From Promethearchaeia archaeon (GTDB lineage Archaea > Asgardarchaeota > Lokiarchaeia > Sigyniarchaeales > SOKP01), in contig JAWOFX010000182.1 of NCBI GenBank assembly GCA_046497275.1, positions 1 to 19,847 of the forward strand: a stretch of DNA of 19,847 bases, read 5' to 3'. Each line of letters starts with the position of its first letter. The stretch's first letter is position 1. Shown one piece after another: positions 16,652 through 19,847 of the stretch. The translations under genes were made by a program, and so were the position numbers. The notes beneath the pieces are model-generated. The model was not told the DNA's origin. It searched no databases and worked only from the letters and a program-made list of their open reading frames with translations.

Positions 16652-17344
16652 ATGCCAATAGATATGGATACAATGATTGAGGCAATTGATGTAAATAAGG
16701 AATATAGACGATCTGGAGCTATCATTCGTGCGTTAGCAGACGTTAATGTAACTATAAAATCGGGGGAGTTCGTAATCGTCCAAGGTCCCACAGGATGTGG
16801 AAAATCAACGCTTCTTAATGTGCTATCGGGGTTAGATTTTCCAGATTCAGGTAAAATCATTTTTGATGGAGAGAATATCGCAAGATCTACGGAGGACAGA
16901 CTTGCGAGGATAAGACGGATGAAAGTTGGATTTGTATTTCAAGATTTTAATTTAATTAGTACTTTTACCGCATTAGAGAACGTAGAAAGTGTACTTTGGC
17001 CAACCGTGTTAAGAGCGTCCGAGATTGAAAATAGAGCAATCAATGCGCTACGAGACGTGAATCTTCTTGATAGAAAAGATCATTATCCAGTTCAGATGAG
17101 TGGTGGAGAGAAACAAAAATGTGGCTTGGCACGAGCAATAATCCATCGTCCTCGAGTAATTTTAGCTGACGAGCCTACAGGAAATCTGGATCCTCAATCA
17201 GAAAAAGAAATTATGGATTTACTAAAAAAGATTAATAAAGAATCAGACACCACAGTAGTCGTGGTTACTCACAGAGAAAAATTAACATCCTACGCAGACA
17301 AAGTTGTACAAATGAAAGATGGAAGAGTAATCAATGTAAAATAA
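16652..17344 (+). CDS. ABC ATP-binding protein, LolD/MacB/FtsE subfamily
   Basis: Walker A GPTGCGKST, Q-loop GFVFQDFNL, signature MSGGEKQ, Walker B/D-loop ILADEPTGNLD, H-switch VVTH. Confidence 0.95.
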   Translation: MPIDMDTMIEAIDVNKEYRRSGAIIRALADVNVTIKSGEFVIVQGPTGCGKSTLLNVLSGLDFPDSGKIIFDGENIARSTEDRLARIRRMKVGFVFQDFNLISTFTALENVESVLWPTVLRASEIENRAINALRDVNLLDRKDHYPVQMSGGEKQKCGLARAIIHRPRVILADEPTGNLDPQSEKEIMDLLKKINKESDTTVVVVTHREKLTSYADKVVQMKDGRVINVK

Positions 17345-17594
17345 CACTTTTCTTTTAAATTTATATAAATTATCCACTTTTTTTGTATTTTTAAATTCAA
17401 TCAAATATTAAGGAATAATTTTTTCAATAAGTAAAATAATCCTAAATCTAGATTATGTGGTTCATTAGCGAATCTTAACTATTTAAATCAACAAGAAACG
17501 TAAAAAAAAAGATATAAATATTAGGTTTTTTTTAGATTTTATAATTAGGTAAAAAAAAACTAAAAAATATCATATAAAAAATTAGTGAATCCTT

Positions 17595-18329
17595 ATGGGA
17601 ATTGGACGTGTTATTGGTTCGGGTATCGTAGGTATGCTTTTTTTAGTTCCATTTGCTTGGCTTTCTTTTTTTGCATTAGATTTAACTGGAACAGTGACTG
17701 GCGGACTTATTACAGGGTTAAATGATCTCTTTGCCAGTATAGGAGGGCCTATAGGAGCAATACTAACTTTTGTTGGTGGGATGTTTATTGGACTTCTATT
17801 AGTAATATTATTTCCGATTCATTGGGCACTCATGTATAGACCTGATGATGTAATGCTATTAGTAGGGCTTGTAATGCCTTGGGTTTTGGCTTGTACTGTA
17901 GCTTCTGCTATATTTGCTCATTCTCCTCGAGGGGGGCTCCATACAAGTCTTGCAGTAGGAATAGGATATCTAATCTTGAGTTTTGTCCTTTATGGTGTCC
18001 TTCTTTTTATAATTAGAGCAATAAGTGGAGGGATGGGGGGTCTTGTTATAGATCTTATTGATGGGTTAAGTCTAGGACTGACAGACTTGCCTTTTCTAGC
18101 AGCTGTGTCGTTAGCAATATTGGAAGGATGTTTGGTTGGAAGTGTCTTTGGTGCGTTCATCGGCAGCTTAAAATATAAGCCAGAAGGAGCAAAAAAACCA
18201 GTAAAAAAGAAGGGCAAAACACCAGAATCTGAACCTAAATTGGACACATCGGCTGATTATTGTACAAACTGTGGAGCGAAGATAACGCCTGGTAATGAAT
18301 TCTGTACTAATTGCGGTCAAAAAGTCTAA
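17595..18329 (+). CDS. Gly-rich membrane protein with a C-terminal double zinc ribbon
   Basis: About 5 hydrophobic Gly-rich segments, a Lys-rich linker, then CTNCG...CTNCG. Confidence 0.85.
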   Translation: MGIGRVIGSGIVGMLFLVPFAWLSFFALDLTGTVTGGLITGLNDLFASIGGPIGAILTFVGGMFIGLLLVILFPIHWALMYRPDDVMLLVGLVMPWVLACTVASAIFAHSPRGGLHTSLAVGIGYLILSFVLYGVLLFIIRAISGGMGGLVIDLIDGLSLGLTDLPFLAAVSLAILEGCLVGSVFGAFIGSLKYKPEGAKKPVKKKGKTPESEPKLDTSADYCTNCGAKITPGNEFCTNCGQKV

Positions 18330-18341
18330 ATTTATATTTCG

Positions 18342-18359
18342 TTTTTATTTTTATTTTTT
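18342..18359 (+). terminator. Oligo(T) terminator
   Basis: TTTTTATTTTTATTTTTT just after the 18329 stop. Confidence 0.45.
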
Positions 18360-18477
18360 CATTCAATCTCAATTAATTTATGAATCCAATACATTAAAAA
18401 AAGAAAAACCTATATTGTTCATAATAACTTTATTAAATATTAATTTTAGATGATGAGTAGGGAGGTTTGAAATTCGT

Positions 18478-19491
18478 ATGAGTCGTCAGATTAAAGGCGT
18501 ATTGCTAAATCGTATTTTGGTATTAGTTATGATTATATTAATTCCTGTGGCAATATTCTTAATCTTCTTATTCGTTGATTTTGAATTATGGTATTCAACA
18601 GATCCCATATTGACATTTTGGATTATTAAAGTGGCATGTCCACTTGTATTTGGTGTATCATGGTTATTTTTTATGATTTTGTTCGCGGATAGGCTTGCAT
18701 TGACGATAGATTCAATGGATAGAGTAGTCTCAATAATTCCTCTTAGATTAAAATTATTTTATGGTATGATTGCGATAGTTGTATTGTTTATTTTCGTGTT
18801 TCCCTTGATTTCTCCTTTAATTGGAGTTATCAGTTTTATGTCTCTCGCGTGGAGAGCAACGACTTTCAAGAAGAAAGAATGGGGTGATTCAGGAAGTCCT
18901 TTTTATACAAAGATTCTTATGGTTTTAGCTGCCGTGCTTCCAATTTTTTGTAGTGTATCCATCATCCCAGAATATTTAGTCCTTTCTGCCTTTTTAACAA
19001 CTCAAATATGGGCGCCTATAACTGATTTCGTATATACGATCTCATATTGTCTCTGTACCGCTTTAGCAATTGGATCTCTTTTTTATCTTGTTGAAAATAA
19101 AGGAGTAAGTGAATATGAGGTGATTTTGGTTGACACCACTCAAAAGAAGTCGTTTTGGTATGTCAAATTTGTAGAATTAGGATTATTTGTCTTCTTCCTC
19201 TTTTTGGCTTATGGAGGTTTTGAAATCATCGAACTTTTCTATACAGCGGGATTTGTAATCGTAGTTTTTGTTTCAATTGTCAACCATTTTTCAGAAAAAC
19301 AAAAGACAGGAAAGGTAAGAGGACACATTCTTGGCTATCTTTTAGCTGCGATTTTTCTAGGATCTAATTCACTCGTCTTTTATATTGATTTACCAGATTT
19401 TATAAATATTATAAGTTTAATTGTATTAGCAGGTGTGTTTATTGTGGTATTTCTTCTCACCTTTATATATCTTGAAGAAACCAAATTCTAA
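18478..19491 (+). CDS. Uncharacterised multi-pass membrane protein
   Basis: 337 aa with about 10-11 hydrophobic segments. GGAGGT at 18461-18466. Confidence 0.8.
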   Translation: MSRQIKGVLLNRILVLVMIILIPVAIFLIFLFVDFELWYSTDPILTFWIIKVACPLVFGVSWLFFMILFADRLALTIDSMDRVVSIIPLRLKLFYGMIAIVVLFIFVFPLISPLIGVISFMSLAWRATTFKKKEWGDSGSPFYTKILMVLAAVLPIFCSVSIIPEYLVLSAFLTTQIWAPITDFVYTISYCLCTALAIGSLFYLVENKGVSEYEVILVDTTQKKSFWYVKFVELGLFVFFLFLAYGGFEIIELFYTAGFVIVVFVSIVNHFSEKQKTGKVRGHILGYLLAAIFLGSNSLVFYIDLPDFINIISLIVLAGVFIVVFLLTFIYLEETKF

Positions 19492-19615
19492 TCTTCATTT
19501 ATTTATCTTTTTTATGTAGTTGAAAAAATTTGTGTTTTGGCTATTATATACTGCCAGTAAAGTCAATTATATTTTATCTTTCTGTTTACAATTGTGAAAT
19601 CTAAATGAGGTAAAG

Positions 19616-19777
19616 ATGGTGAATATTTTTAAACTTAATCTTATTAAACCCTTATTTGAATGGATATTAGAGTATTTAAGCAACGCTATATTGGCTTATA
19701 CAATTTTATTAGGAATTTCTACTCTATTAGAAAGTAAGTTTTTAAAAAGGCTTATTTCATCTATGATCATAAGTTAG
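19616..19777 (+). CDS. Candidate small hydrophobic protein (53 aa)
   Basis: Read manually: MVNIFKLNLIKPLFEWILEYLSNAILAYTILLGISTLLESKFLKRLISSMIIS then TAG. GAGGT at 19607-19611. Confidence 0.3.
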   Translation: MVNIFKLNLIKPLFEWILEYLSNAILAYTILLGISTLLESKFLKRLISSMIIS

Positions 19778-19815
19778 TTAATTAATCAAAAAATAATATA
19801 ACAAGGAAATTAAAG

Positions 19816-19847
19816 ATGAAAAAAATAAATAGCAAATCTTTAATGGT
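19816..19847 (+). CDS. Possible 5' end of the next gene (partial)
   Basis: ATG preceded by AGGA, open to the window end (MKKINSKSLM), with a basic N-terminus like a signal peptide. Confidence 0.3.
   Translation, partial: MKKINSKSLM

Noticed and set aside
13164-18247. Short ORFs 13164-13349, 13602-13829, 15305-15493, 16570-16860 and 17990-18247
   Set aside because: Antisense shadows of confident genes.
1-19847. tRNA, rRNA or CRISPR array
   Set aside because: Intergenic gaps are short and very AT-rich, with no cloverleaf, rRNA-like block or regularly spaced repeats.

Overview
An AT-rich archaeal window with no RNA genes, CRISPR array or transposase that I can support. It is almost certainly from an Asgard archaeon of the Lokiarchaeia, based on a recognisable Loki-type profilin, an Asgard-type longin domain and a Loki-style LRR protein. 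The left third (1-6540) looks accessory: the end of a VapB antitoxin plus VapC, a YhhN-like membrane protein, a GNAT, several small membrane proteins, an SDS22-like LRR protein and a conserved protein of unknown function. The middle (6712-12022) is metabolic: Bcp peroxiredoxin, aldehyde dehydrogenase, a divergent 3-hydroxyacyl-CoA dehydrogenase, an amidohydrolase and a cyclase-family hydrolase. The right third (12131-19491) is the most interesting. It holds a roughly 12-TM protein ending in a putative winged helix and a longin domain, an HDAC-family deacylase, and profilin. Profilin sits head-to-head, across about 100 bp containing a perfect palindrome, with a two-gene FtsE/FtsX (MacB/LolCDE)-type ABC system whose permease lacks the extracytoplasmic domain. 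A zinc-ribbon membrane protein and an orphan membrane protein follow. All family calls come from motifs read by eye; no database searches were run.
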